Positions 12,929 through 26,400 of a stretch of 64,000 nucleotides of DNA are shown here, one piece after another. Source of the DNA: Octopus vulgaris (Eukaryota); the NCBI GenBank assembly GCA_951406725.2, contig OX597826.1:11780001-11844000 (forward strand), written 5' to 3'. Each line of letters opens with the position of its first letter. Position 1 is the stretch's first letter. Both the position numbers and the translations under genes were made by a program. The notes under the pieces were generated by a model. The model was given only the letters and a program-made list of their open reading frames with translations. It had not been told where the DNA came from and made no database searches.

Positions 12929-13352
12929 TTAAATGCCCAACCAGGTTGCAAATTCTCCAAAAAAACACAGACTGATTCAAACATTTTGGAAAGCAGTTTT
13001 CATATTGGGCCTAAGCACTTTTGCTCTGTTTCAAACACACATTGTGAGGTATAGGAATTACCCCATGCTGTGTGCTTGAAAAACTTAACAGTGAAAGCAT
13101 TGACATACAGTAACAAAATAAAAATATTTTTATTCAAAAGTTACGTGTTCTCCTGTTCTCTTAATATTTCTAAAATAATTAATAATTTCCTCAAATGTTA
13201 TGATTGTAACAAGAATTGTTTAGAAAAACTTCTGTCTAAATTATGCTTGAATTTAACAATGCATTATCATTTAAATACATCCTTCCTTTTCGAACACCTG
13301 ATAATATTAATTTCCTATTGATTATAAGATTGAATATTTCTTAATGTTTCAG

Positions 13353-13502
13353 TGTGTGATGCCGTTCTATGTATCTACCAAAATGAGCAAAATCCGCAAA
13401 TCCAGCTTGATGGTTCCTGGCCCTAAGACCTATGTGAAAAGTGCTCTGAATTCTTTAGGAATGTCATCCAGCACATATGGTTACTTCGCTCATAATTTAT
13501 TT
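13353..13502 (+). CDS. HSD17B12: HSD17B12-like exon (CVMPFYVSTKMSKIRKSSLMVPGPKTYVKSALNSLGMSSSTYGYFAHNLF)
   Basis: ttcag|...|gtgagt, 150 bp; PxxVxTKM and T.GY..H motifs. Confidence 0.93.
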
Positions 13503-14076
13503 GTGAGTATAAATGTCTAATTTTCCTTTTTTTTTTTTAAAGATAATAGGAAACTGCATATAGAACAATTTTGCTTATTCTTTAAGTCTGCTATTTATTC
13601 AATCAGTCTTTTATGCTGAACCCCTAAGTTATGGGGAGGAACAAACACAGACATGCACACACATACATGCATACGCATACATATGATGGGGTTCTACCGA
13701 GTTTTTGTCTGCCAAATTCACTCACAAGTTATAGGTTGGTCCTAGACTGTAATAGAAGACACTTACCCAAGGTGCTGTGTAGTAGAACTGAACCTGAGAC
13801 TGCATGATTGCAAAGCAAGCTTCTTGACCATTCAGCTATGCCTGTCCTTTTCGTAGAAAAGTTATAGAAAAATACGTTTCAACAACTCATGGCATTTTGT
13901 GATTTTAGCTGTGAGTCCAGACTTAGCAAGTGCCAGCTGGTTTGTCTTTGGTTAGACATGTAATGTTCTGTTTGTTCTTATTTTACTTGGCTGTAAACAT
14001 TCATAAGTCTTTTGTTTTTAGATTTGGTTTGCAAGATTCTTTATATGAGTTCGTATGTTGAAGCATATTCTGTTGT

Positions 14077-14339
14077 GTCTGGGGAGTGTCATTTTCTTTT
14101 TGTGCTTTATAATATAACACACTCACCGGTAAAATTTCCACTTTTTTCTTATTTTTATTGTCCTACAATTTTCGTTGCGTCTTGCAACCTTTTCGATAGT
14201 TTTGACTCAAAACTACTGAAAAGGTTGCAAGACACAACGAAAATTTTAGGAAAAATAAAAATAAGAAAAAAAAGGTGGAAATTTTACCGGTGAGTGTGTT
14301 ATATTATAAAGCGCAAAAAGAAAATGACACTCCTCAGAC
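14077..14339. repeat. ~260-bp imperfect palindrome (fold-back)
   Basis: Arms gtctggggagtgtcattttc...tagttttga / tcaaaacta...gaaaatgacactcctcagac. Confidence 0.9.
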
Positions 14340-14854
14340 CCAATATTCATAAGTCTAATCACAGAGGTTTGACAGGAAGACTAGTATTTATTTGTGGAGT
14401 CTGTGTTTGTTCCCCCACCACTGCTTGACAACCGGTGTTTGTGTGTTAATGTCCCTGTAACTTAGCAGTTCAACAAAAGGGACCCAAAATGAATAAGTAC
14501 TGGGGTCAGTTTGTTCTACTAAAGGTTCAAGGTGGTGCTCCTGCATGTTCTACTAAAAATTCGAGGTGGTGCCCCTGCATAGCCACAGTCTAATGACTGA
14601 AACATGTAAAAGATAAAACATTACAACTATCAAAGGGTTTCAACTTGTATTGTGTTGCATGTTAAGAAGTATGATATATTCTGTATAGGTGCGGGTGTGG
14701 CTGTGTGGTAAGAAGCTTGCTTCCCATTCACATGGTTCTGGGTTCAGTTTCACTACCTTGCACTTTGGGCAAGTGTCTTCTATGATAGCCTCAAGCCGAC
14801 TAAAGCCTTCAGTGGACTTGGTAGATGGAAACTGAAAGAAGCTCATTATATGTA

Positions 14855-14890
<36 letters not shown>

Positions 14891-17800
14891 TTGAGTCTGT
14901 GTTTGTCCTCATTCCCACCACTGCTTCAGAACTCGTGTTAGTGTTCTTAGATCTTAGAAACCTAGCAATTTGGCAAAAGAGACTGATAAAATAAGTATCA
15001 GTCTTAAAAAAAAATAAGTACTAGGGTTGATTCATTTGACTAAAAATTCTTCAAGGTGGTGCCCCAGTATGGCCAAAGTCTAATGACTGAAACAAATAAA
15101 AGATACTTAACGCAGGAAGTGTTAGGCACGAATAGACCATTGATTTTAATTACCAGTGACACCTGTGAGGTGTAATGATTGTAAAATCAAAGTATCATTT
15201 TCATTTTCCTGATGTCCTCTTTCTCATACTTACATCTGTTGGATTGAATATGTTGAATTAGATTTTTCTGTGGCTTGTTTCAAAATTAGATAATGCTGCC
15301 CCATGGCCAGACATGTGTTTCACGGAAGACTGGAAACAAAGGCTTGAAAAGTGCAGCAAAAAATAAGTCATATGAATTTGTTGAAATGTATTTTTCTATA
15401 AATAACTTTTCTAAAAAACAAAAGAAAACACCAATATGGCTGGATGGTTAAGAAGCTCCCTTTGCAACCACACAGTCTCAGGTTCAGTCCCACTATGCAG
15501 TGCCTTAAGTGCCTTCTACTGCAACTTGTGCATGCACACACGCACCACCACCACGCATGCACACACACGTATACAGACACACACGCAAAATGGGCTTCGT
15601 TCAGTTTCATCAGCATCATCGTTTAACGTCCACTTTCCATGCTAGCATGGGTTGGACGGATGACTGAGGGCTGGCGAACCAGATGGTTGCATCAGTCTCC
15701 AATCTTGATCTGGCAGAGTTTCTACAGCTGGATGCCCTTCCTAACGCCAACCACTCCAAGAGTGTAGTGGGTGCTTTTACGTGCCAGTCAGGTGGTACTG
15801 GCAATGACCTAGCTTGAATCTTTTACACATGCCACCGGCACAGGTGCCAGTAAGGCGATGCTGGTAACGCTCGAATGGTGTCTTTTACGTGCCACCGGCA
15901 TGGAGGCCAGCAACAATCACGCTTGGATGGTGCTCTTTAAGGCGACGCTGGTAACGATCATGCTTGAATGGTGCCTTTTAAGTGCCACTGGCATGGAAGC
16001 TGGTTAGCTGCTCTGTCAATGGTCACACTCGTATGGTGCTCTTTGCAACCTGCTAGCACGGACGCCAGTCATTGAATTTGATTTTGATTTGATTTCACTT
16101 GCCTCAACAAGTCTTTGCAAGCAGAGTTTTAGTGTCCAAAGAAGGAACAAGGCTTTGGTTGGCCTGGGGCAGAAAGACAATTGCTCATACTGTGCCACTG
16201 AGCCTGAAATGATGAGGTTGGGAAGCAAATGTCTTAGAAAGTACTTGATTATTGATAACACTGTCTTGGCTTCAAATGTTTCTACCACCCATAACTACAA
16301 TCAGAACTCAGCTTATCTCTGCACATCTCTGCTTGTGAAGACCTGTTGGGGCAAGTGAAATGGAAATTGAACCAAATTCTATGACTGGCACCCAGCCGTT
16401 GCCAGTGCTGCTGGACTGACTCCTGTGCAGGTGGCAAGTAAAGAAACACCGTTTCGACCCTGTGCTTGAGGAGACCTATTGAGTCAAGTGCATCAACATC
16501 AAAAATCAATGGAAATTGTAGTTGTGATCCCTGTGCACATAAAAAGCACCATCCGAACGTGGCCGATGCCAGCACCGCCTTGACTGGCTTCCTTGCCGGT
16601 GGCACGTAAAAAGCACCTACCAATCGTGGCCGTTACCAACCTCACCTGGCACCTGTGCTGGTGGCACGTAAAAAGCACCCACTACACTCTCAGAGTGGTT
16701 GGCATTAGGAAGGGCATCCAGCTGTAGATCAGACTGGAGCCTGGTGCAGCTTTCTGGCTTCCCAGGCCCCGATCGAACCATCCAACCAATGATGATGATC
16801 TTACTGAAAAACTGTGCTAAACCTCTTCTATGTTTAGCTGTTGAGAAGGCATCCAGCTGTAAAAAAAATCCATAGAATTTCTGAACAGAACCCTTCTCGT
16901 ATAGAACAGATGTTAAAACACTAAAGTAAAGCTGATAGGTGTTTATCTACTTAGTTAGATTTATTTCTTGTCTTTTTAGTGTTATCAAATTCAGAATTAA
17001 TTCCTTTCTCCAAGAGCCACTCCCACGATACATCTCACACAAAGATTTATTGGTTGTTAACTCTGTTTGCCTGCTCCCCCCCTCTCTCTCTCACTCACTC
17101 ACACACACACACACACACACATATATTTACTTTCTTGAATTCAATATCTGTGTCTCTCTCTCATTCTCATAATCTTTGGTATTTTCCTTCTCTTAGAATA
17201 GTTTTGTGCTTGTGAATCTGTGTATCTATGTGCTTACTTGTGTGTGTGTGTGTGCACTGTTTAATGTTCAGTTGGGAGAAAGAGTATTCTGTTCCATAGT
17301 TGAGATAAATTCTTGCCTGTTTTGTTTAAAGTCATCTGGCATGTTATGACTATTTATAACTTGCACTGAGCAGAGAATGTGTAGGGTTTTGCGATCCCTC
17401 CATTCAGTCTCTCTGGTGTTGGTGCTACAAAATAACGCCCCCTATACAATCTGTAAAATAGTTGGTAGCAGGAAGGGCATCACGCCATAGAAACCAAGCC
17501 AAATGATTCGTGAAGACACCAGTCTGTGGAAGCAGCAGCTTCCCAGTAAGGAATTACTTTGACCGTGATGACCCGACCAATCCATTCAAGCATGAAAAGC
17601 TAACACGAAAGTGAAGATCTCTTGTCTTTTATCTTTTACTTGCTTCAGTGATGCGGCCATGCTGGGGCAATGCCTTCAAGAATTTTTAGTCAAATGTATC
17701 GACTCCAGTACATTTAGTTTTTCTTTTCTTCAAGCCAGTTAATCATTCCATCGGATCTCTTTTGCCGAACTGCTAAGTTATGGAGATGTAAATACACTAG

Positions 17801-20119
17801 TACTGGTTGTCAAGAGGTGATGGTGGGACACACACACACATACACAATAGGCTTCTTTCAGTTTTTGTCTACCACATCCACTCACAAGGATTTAGTTGGC
17901 CTAAGGTTATAATAGAAGATACTTGTGTGTCTGTGTTTGTCCCCCCAACATCGCTTGACAACCGATGCTGGTGTGTTTACGTCCCTGTAACTTAGCAGTT
18001 CGGTGAAAGAGGCAGATAGAATAAGTCCTGCGGTCGATTTGCTCGACTAAGGCCGCAGTCAAATGACTGAAACAAGTAAAAGAGTAAATATATTGTTGTA
18101 TTATCATGATGAAAGAAAGAGATACACACCCATGCACATACTTGCTTACCTGCTAAATGAGGTTTCAAACCACCTAGATGTAGACATTTCTCCAGAGTGA
18201 ATTTTTTTTTTTACTAGGCCTTAAAAAAATAATGATGAAATAAAGGTTACAGCGAAGAGAGCAAAATTTAACCATCAGGTTTCGATATTTGGAATTAGCC
18301 TACAAATATTTAGGAATAAAATAACGAGATACAACTTGCCTGAATGAAAGAACATCAGATGGAAATATGGACTTGGGATTGAGCTAAATGTGTTGAGTAA
18401 ATATTTCGTTTTTGGATTTGGTTTGCAAGATTCTTGCACACACAAGGAGACAGAGGTGCATACATATACAAGCGCTTGCTCATACATAGAAAATACACAA
18501 ACATGGACATGCAAGCACATAAATATGCAGGATATGTACATACAGATGCACACACATACATACATATATACATATGCATATACACACATATATACATACA
18601 CATGCAAACACACATACATACATATGTACATACATGCATGTATAAGCACACACACACTGACCCACACACATGCGCACAAACAAACAAAAGGGAACGCAGT
18701 GTAAATAAGGGACAGAGTCAAGACTATTGAAAAGGTTGCAAGACGCAACGAAAATTTAAGGGCAATAAAAATAAGAAATAAGTGGAAATTTTACCTGTGA
18801 GTGTGTTAGATTATAAGTCACAAAAAGAAAATGACTCTCCCCAGACACAATTGTTGAGTAAATTTATAACTTTTAATGCATTGGCCATACCAGTAATACG
18901 CTATAGTTTTAATGCAATAGGGTGAAAGATTAATTTAGAAGGCTTGGAGACAGAAAAACCAGAATATTAATATCTATTATCTTGTTTCAGTTATTAGATT
19001 GTAGCAATGCTTGGGTTACGGCCTTGGAGGGTTTAGTTGGACAAATCCACTCCGGTACCTTTTTTTTATATATATATATATGACTGGTGCTTGTTTATCA
19101 ATCCCTTTTGCTGAATTGTTAGGTTACATGGTAGTAAACAAAGCAACACTGGTTATTAGACTTTAGTTAAGGGACAGATACAGAAATACACACATGTACA
19201 TACATATACACATACATGCATAGTGGGCTTCAATACAGTTTCTGTCTACCAAATTAACTCATAAGGTATTGGTTGACCCGTGACTTTAGAGAAGACACTT
19301 GCCCAAGGTTCCAAATAGTGGGATTGAACCCAAAACCACATGACTGCCAAGCAAGTTTCTTAGCTATGCTTGCACCTACAATTACTAAAATTACATGTTG
19401 GTGTCTGGTTTTGGTTAGTGTTTGTTAAATATTCTGAAGCCAGACTAGGACCGTAAAGTGGATATATGTGTTTGCTAGAAACCGTAATAACAATAGGTGT
19501 AGAAAAAGAAAACAGGTGGCGCAAAGATACAACTTAGATTCTGAACTTGGCAGAGTGACAATACTTTGGGAGTAAATTTGCACAGACTGACAAGGAAATA
19601 ACATAGAAGTATCCAGATATATTGTATTATCATGATGAGAGAAACACACACACACACACACTCACACGAACACTTACTTGTCTGTCTGCTAAATGAAGTT
19701 TCAATCCACTTAGATGTAAACATTTATTCAGAGATAATTTTTTTTCTGCTAAGCCTTAAAAAAAACTTGATAAAATGATCATGGTGTCGGAATTCAGGAA
19801 GCATCATAACATACAGAAAACATATGTGAACTGTGTTAGGAACGGTTCACTGATTCCACCATGCATGACGTTATAGTAAAATCACAAAGCAACACATGAT
19901 TCACTACATAACTGTGTCCCATGAAGGCTAACTTCTTATTGTGGATAAGTACAAGTTAATGAGGCAGAATAATTTTTTTACTGGATCATAGTAGATTTAA
20001 TTATCATCTGATTTATTGAAGCAAGATGTCTTCATAACAGGCAATAAAAATTAAATTTTTATGAAAATATATTCAAATTAGAATTAAGGTTTTATGATAT
20101 TAAAGCTGAATAAAACTTT

Positions 20120-21087
20120 TGGCTACCAGAGAGTGTTACCACTAGAATAAGAACAGCCGGGGCAAAGTTTAGAAAGCGACAAAGGGTCTCTCACTCAGAG
20201 TGAAAGGTAGATTGTACGACGCATGTGTGCAAACTGCCATGCTTCATGGCAGTGAAACATGGGCTGTGACTGCGGAGGACATGCATAGGCTCGAAAGAAA
20301 TGGCGCTAGCATGATCCGCTGGATGTGTAATGTCAGTGTGCACACACGACAGAGTGTAAGTGCCTTGAGAGAAATGTTGGACATAAGCAGTATCAGATGC
20401 AACGGGCAAGAGAGACGTTTGCGTTGGTATGGTCATGTACTATGGATGGATGAGGAGAGATGTGTGAAGAAGTGCCACTCCGAAACTGTTGAAGGTATCC
20501 AGGGTAGAGGTAGATCCAGGAAGACATGGGATGAGGTGGTCAAGCATGACCTTCGTATGTTGGGTCTTCGTATGGCTTGCAGAACGGCCTGCTATGCTTA
20601 ACTTGGATCGTAGAGTGACCCGCTGTTCTTGAGGAGACTTATTGAGTGAATTATGTCAACACCAACATCAAAATAAAAATCAAATGGAAATTGTAGTTAA
20701 GACACCTGTGCTGGTGACACGTAAAAAGCACCAACCGATTGTGGCTGTTTGCCAGCCTCCTCTGGCCCCTGTGCTGGTGGAACGTAAAAAGCACTGTCCA
20801 AACGTGGCAGATGCCAGCGCCACCTGACTGGCGTCCGTGTCGGTGACACGTAAAAGCACCAGCCGATCGTGGCTGTTTGCCAGCCTCCCCTGGCCCCTGT
20901 GCTGGTAGTACGTAAAAAGCACCCACTACACTCACGGTGTGGTTGGCGTTAGGAAGGGCATCCAGCTGTAGAAATACTGCCAGATCAGACTGGAGCCTGG
21001 TGCAGCCTTCTGGCTTCCCAGACCCCGGTCGAACCGTCCAACCCATGCTAGCATGGAAAACGGACGTTAAATGATGATGATGATGAT
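20120..21087 (+). mobile_element. 5'-truncated RTE-clade LINE: ORF C-terminus, repeat-containing 3' UTR and (GAT)n tail
   Basis: KGRLYDACVQTAMLHGSETW...RRLRWYGHV...RGRSRKTW is the RTE RT C-terminal signature; the element ends in gttaaatgatgatgatgat. Confidence 0.88.
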
Positions 21088-21255
21088 ACAAGACAAAGCT
21101 TCTTGCTCTATTATAATTAGCTAATAATACTAAAAATAACTGATTACTTACATTAGCATAAAACCATAAATTGTTTGAGAAGGGGCAAAGTGAATAGAGT
21201 ATTTATTTTGTTTGTTTCCTCCAAAATAATTTTTATCTTTTATTTTTAATTTCAG

Positions 21256-21367
21256 GGTTGGATTCTCAAAAAACTCCCCTCTTCATTGGTCACATGGCAG
21301 GTGAAAAATAAGCACCTTGGTATCCGAGCACGTCTCTATGCCAAAAAAAAAAGCAAAAGCAGAATAG
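21256..21367 (+). CDS. HSD17B12: HSD17B12-like terminal coding exon (GWILKKLPSSLVTWQVKNKHLGIRARLYAKKK...)
   Basis: ttcag| acceptor in phase 0, basic C-terminus. The stop is TAG 21365-21367 if the A10 run carries a 1-bp error; as written, the frame stops at TGA 21442-21444. Confidence 0.75.
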
Positions 21368-21559
21368 CGAGTGGTGAGATATGTTTGTCTTTTTTCTCTC
21401 TTTTCTTGTCCTTTTATTTATTCATTTTTAAAAATTTAATTTGACATAGTTGTGTTGTTAGGAAATATCAGAAATATCAGAAAAGACTTTAATTCTAGTT
21501 ATAAATTATGCAATTTTTAAAACTTTTCCGTATAAAATATTTGTTGATTGACCCACTAA

Positions 21560-21790
21560 TCTATTATATAAAATCCGTGTTCTGTCTGTCTGTCTGTGTG
21601 TGTCTTCTAGGATCTCGGGCATCCTCCATCCGATTGCGCTCAAATTTAATATGTAGATACCGACGGTATCAGGGCGTGTATAAGTCTTGAAAAAATTACA
21701 AAAGTCGATTCCAGGTGAGAATGCGATCGATAAAGCCATGGGAATGTGCATTTGTACATGCAAGTACATCGGCTGTTGCGTACTATTTAA
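21560..21790 (+). mobile_element. Helitron-like 5' fragment
   Basis: a|tctattatataaaa start followed by (ctgt)n and ccgatt...ctcaaattt; no clear 3' end. Confidence 0.5.
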
Positions 21791-23390
21791 ACCATGTTTG
21801 TGTTCTCCCAGTCAACAGCCTTATCATTACTGGTACTTTAAAATCTTCGGTTGCATATTTGTGTGAATAAAATCATTTTTCTTTGGAATAGAAAAAAAGT
21901 CTATCTTTATTTCTTCTTTTGCTGGTGTCTCAAATTTAGGTTAAGTCAGTGTTTCTCAAAGGGGTGGCCTTTGTTTGACAACTCAGCACCATCCATTGGA
22001 TGGTGGGAGTTTTGCTCATATAATATAGAATACTATCAATCTTTAGATTGTGCATGTGGTTAGCTACTGAGGTAGACTTAGTGTGTTTAAAAGAAGTAAA
22101 TGAACTAAGGTGAGCTAAATATCAATGCTTTATGTTAACAGTGGCATTGATGTATATTTCTGTGGAGTTCTAAACCTCTATTTAGACCTTAATAAATCTG
22201 CCTCCCTTCGTCTATGTTCACTTCTTTATTTCTGTGCCTGTATATATTCTTTTCTTCATCGTGTCTCAATCCATTATCTCGCTGAAGAAAGAATAGGTTG
22301 CCACAAGAATATTCGATGAAGACTACATGCTGAAAACTGCACCAATTCTACAACTATTCTCGAAACAGCTGTAAAGGAAAAATTTGCACATCTTTTGTCT
22401 TTTTTTTCTCAATTACAAGTTTTATGTGTGATAACTGTCATCTGGCTGCCAAACTATGTCATATCAATACGACAGACTTAACTTCTGACTCTTCCTATTC
22501 ACGTTGCAGTTAAGAACTTTCAGTGACCTCCTGCAGTTTTACTAATTTTTGCATTTGTTTTTCTCAATGTCGTATAAATATCTCATAAGCTGACCTGATG
22601 CCTGGCTAAGCGAGCAGGCCAACAGAAGAAAGAGTGAGAGAAAGTTGTGGCGAAAGAGCACAGCAGGGACCGCCACCATCCCCTGCTGGAGCCTCATGGA
22701 GCTTTAGGTGTTTTCGCTCAATAAACACTCACAACGCCCGGTCTGGGAATCGAAACCGCGATCCTATGACTGCGAGTCCACTGCCCTAACCACTGGGCCA
22801 TTGCACCTCCACGTATATATATATATATATATATATGTATATGTATATATCAAAAGGATAAGTTATAATACTATTCCACATATACAAAAACAGCCATACC
22901 AACAATCCAACATACCTCCATCATCAGCTGCCCCATGGATATCATTATGATTTCGACACCTGGCCAGTACCATTCAATCTGGCTGTGCCAACAGCACTAA
23001 AATAAGTGTTGTTTGAGAACAAACTTATCAAAGCAACCGCAACTTTCAAACACATTTACCTGTGTGTGTGTACATGTTTGTTTATATGTATCTATGGCTG
23101 TTTGTGCATGTGTATATGTATCTCTCTCTTTCTATCTATCTATCTATCCATCTATCTTTCTTTCTTCACGTTTCTGTATGTGTGTGTTGCTCTCTTTTAC
23201 TCTTTTACTTGTTTCAGTCATTTGACTGCGGCCATGCTGGAGCACCGCCTTTTAGTCGAGCAAATCAACCCCGGGACTTATTCTTTGTAACCCCAGTACT
23301 TATTCTATTGGTCTTTTTTGCCGAACCGCTAAGTGACGGGGACGTAAACACACCAGCATCGGTTGTCAAACAATGCTAGGGGGACAAACA

Positions 23391-23442
<52 letters not shown>

Positions 23443-26400
23443 CATATATACGATGGGCTTCTTTCAGTTTCTGTCTACCAAATCCACTCACAAAGCATTG
23501 GTCGGGCCGGGGCTATAGCAGAAGACACTAGCCCAAGATGCCATGCAGTGGGACTGAACCTGGAACTATGTGGTTGGTTAGCAAGCTACTTACCACACAG
23601 CCACTCCTGCGCCTATATATATATATAGGCATGCGTATGTATGTATGCATCTGTATTAATGATATTTTGATATATAGATATGACAATAAGTTTATGTGAG
23701 TTCCATAGTGTTGAAAACATCAGGATTTCTGTTGTGTAAGTCTTGTTCTTCATCTCTTATCTTTGGTGGATTTACTTCTTGTGTGTGTGTATGTGTGTGT
23801 GTCTGATGTTTGGTGTCTGTGTGATGAGCTTCACACCTTATATATCTTTGGTGGTCTCTCAGACATCTCCACTTGTAATGCTTTATCTAAACTTGTGTTG
23901 CATTATAATTGGGCGGTGCTGCTGTGCTAACAGATATCCATCATTTTAACCCTTGCCATAGCTATGTTTATAGTCAATAATACATAGTTACAAGGCAGTG
24001 AGCTGGCAGAAACATTAGCACGCCGGGCGAAATGCTTAGCAGTATTTCATCTGCCGTTAGGTTCTGAGTTCAAATTCCACCGAGGTCGAATTTGTCTTTC
24101 ATCCTTTCAGGGTCGAGAAATTAAGTACCAGTCATGTTCTAGGGTCGATGTAATCGTCTTAATCCCTTTGTCCTTGTTTGTCCCCTCTACGTTTAGCTCC
24201 TTGTGGGCAATAAAGAAATAAGAAACAGTAGCACGCCGGGCAAAAGGCTTAGCAGTATTTCATTTGTCTTTACGTTCTGAGGTCGACTTTGCCTTTCATC
24301 CTTTCAGGGTTGATAAATTAAGTACTAGTTGCGTACTGGGGTCAATCTAATCGACTGGTCCCCTCCCCGAAAATGTCAGGCCTTGTGCCTTGAGTAGAAA
24401 AGAATAATACATGGTTACACACACACACACACATACACAACTGTACACAGATGCAACTTTTATCTTTTAGTTCTTTCAGCCATTAGACTGAGGCCATGCT
24501 GGAGCACTTCTCGACTCCAGTACTTATTTCTTTGTAAAGCCAGGCACTTATTCTATCTCTTATTCAGTCTCTTTTGCCAAGCCACTATGTTACAGGGACA
24601 TAATCACACCAATACCAGTTGTCAAACAGTGGTGGGGGACAAACACACACACACACACACACATATCTATCATCATTATTGTTTAATGTCCATTTTCCAT
24701 GCTGGCATGGGTTGGACAGTTTGACAGGAGCTGGCTAGCGGAGAGCTGTACAGACTGCAACTGTCTATTGTGGCATGGTTGGATGCCCTTCCTAATGCCA
24801 ACTGCTCAACAGATTGTAAACAATGCACTTAAGTGTGGGTGTGTGTGTACATATATATATATATACACACAAATACATACATACATATGCATATACAAGA
24901 TGGGCTTCTTTCAGTTTCCATCAACCAAACCCACTTTGGCTAGCCTGGGGCTATTGTAGTAGACCCAAGGTGCCACACAGTGGAACTGAACCTGGAACCA
25001 TACAGTTGGGAAGCAAACTTCTTACCACACAGCCGTGCCTGCACCATGTGCGCACTTTCAGCTGTGCATTCACACTCAAGTTCTTCCTTGGCCTTGAGGA
25101 GTTGTGTAGAATGTCTTCAGACTGCTACCAAAACAATAACAACAACAGTGGAAGCAACAGGAAGAGAAAACAAACTGTTCTTGTGATAAATGCATTGAGT
25201 GTTAGGGTAAAAAGCCGTTCTTATCAGTAGTTTCCTCCCTTCTGTGATAAGCAATAACTTTCGTGAGCCGTTGCAATTGGTAATTGATATACAGTTTTAG
25301 ATTGTTGATGTGCACTTAGTGAACAATGAAAATATGTGGTACACTTCTTGTGTGTCTGTGGGCCTCTTGTGAGAGTAATTATCTTGCTGAATGTTATTCT
25401 TGGTTTTTGAATTACGAGACGTGTTAGTGTATTGGAAAAAATGCCTTTACAGCATTTGTTTCACTCCTCCTAATGTTCTGAGTTCAAAACCAGCTGAGGC
25501 CTGGCTTTGCCTTGTAGCCTTTCGGAGTTTGTAAAAATGAAATCCCAATTAAATACTTGAGTTTGGGGTATTTAATCACCCCTCAGCTTCATTCCCACTG
25601 CTCAGAGATGCAACACTTTTCTCAACTCATGAGCTGTGTCCTAGCTTTGCTCTCTTTAAACTGGCCCTAAGGGCACCAATTACAATAGGTACCCATGCAA
25701 ATACATATTATGCATGAGCTGTGTCTTAGTTTTGAACTGGCTCCAAGGGCACAAATCACAAAAGGCATACACACACACACACACACACATTATACATGAT
25801 GGGTTTCCACAGAGTTTCTGTCTACCATATTTACTGATAAAGCATTGGTTGTCCCAGAGCTTTTCTAGAAAACACTTGCCCAAAGTACTGTGCTGTAGGA
25901 TTGACCCTGAGACCTCATGATAGAAAAGTGAGCTCCTTAACCACACAGCCATGCTTGCATCTATGTTAGAAATCATCGTCTTTTATATCAAGCTACTTTG
26001 CTTGGCTGCTAATGGTTTACAAATAAATTTCCTTTTTAAATGGCTTTAATCTTTGGCTTTCTTCTCTCTTATCATTTCCATTCTCTTCACTTGTCTGTTG
26101 TTGTTGTTGTTGTTGCTTCCTGCTTTGGTGAATTATCTTTTTTGTTTACTTTTTTTTTTTTTTTTACTTGTTTCTTTTTGGTATTGTTTCCACCTCTTTT
26201 ATAGTTTATTGCCAACACAGAAACTAGCAGAAACATGCAAGGGGACGGATAGAGAAAAGTAACAGAACAAACCACCACCACCACTACCACCACCACCACC
26301 AACCACCGCTGCCACCACCATGACCACCACAAGGAAAGCGAAACTGAAAAGCCAGTGGAAAGAATACATGATGTATTGCTTATTTGGTTTTAAGAAGCAT

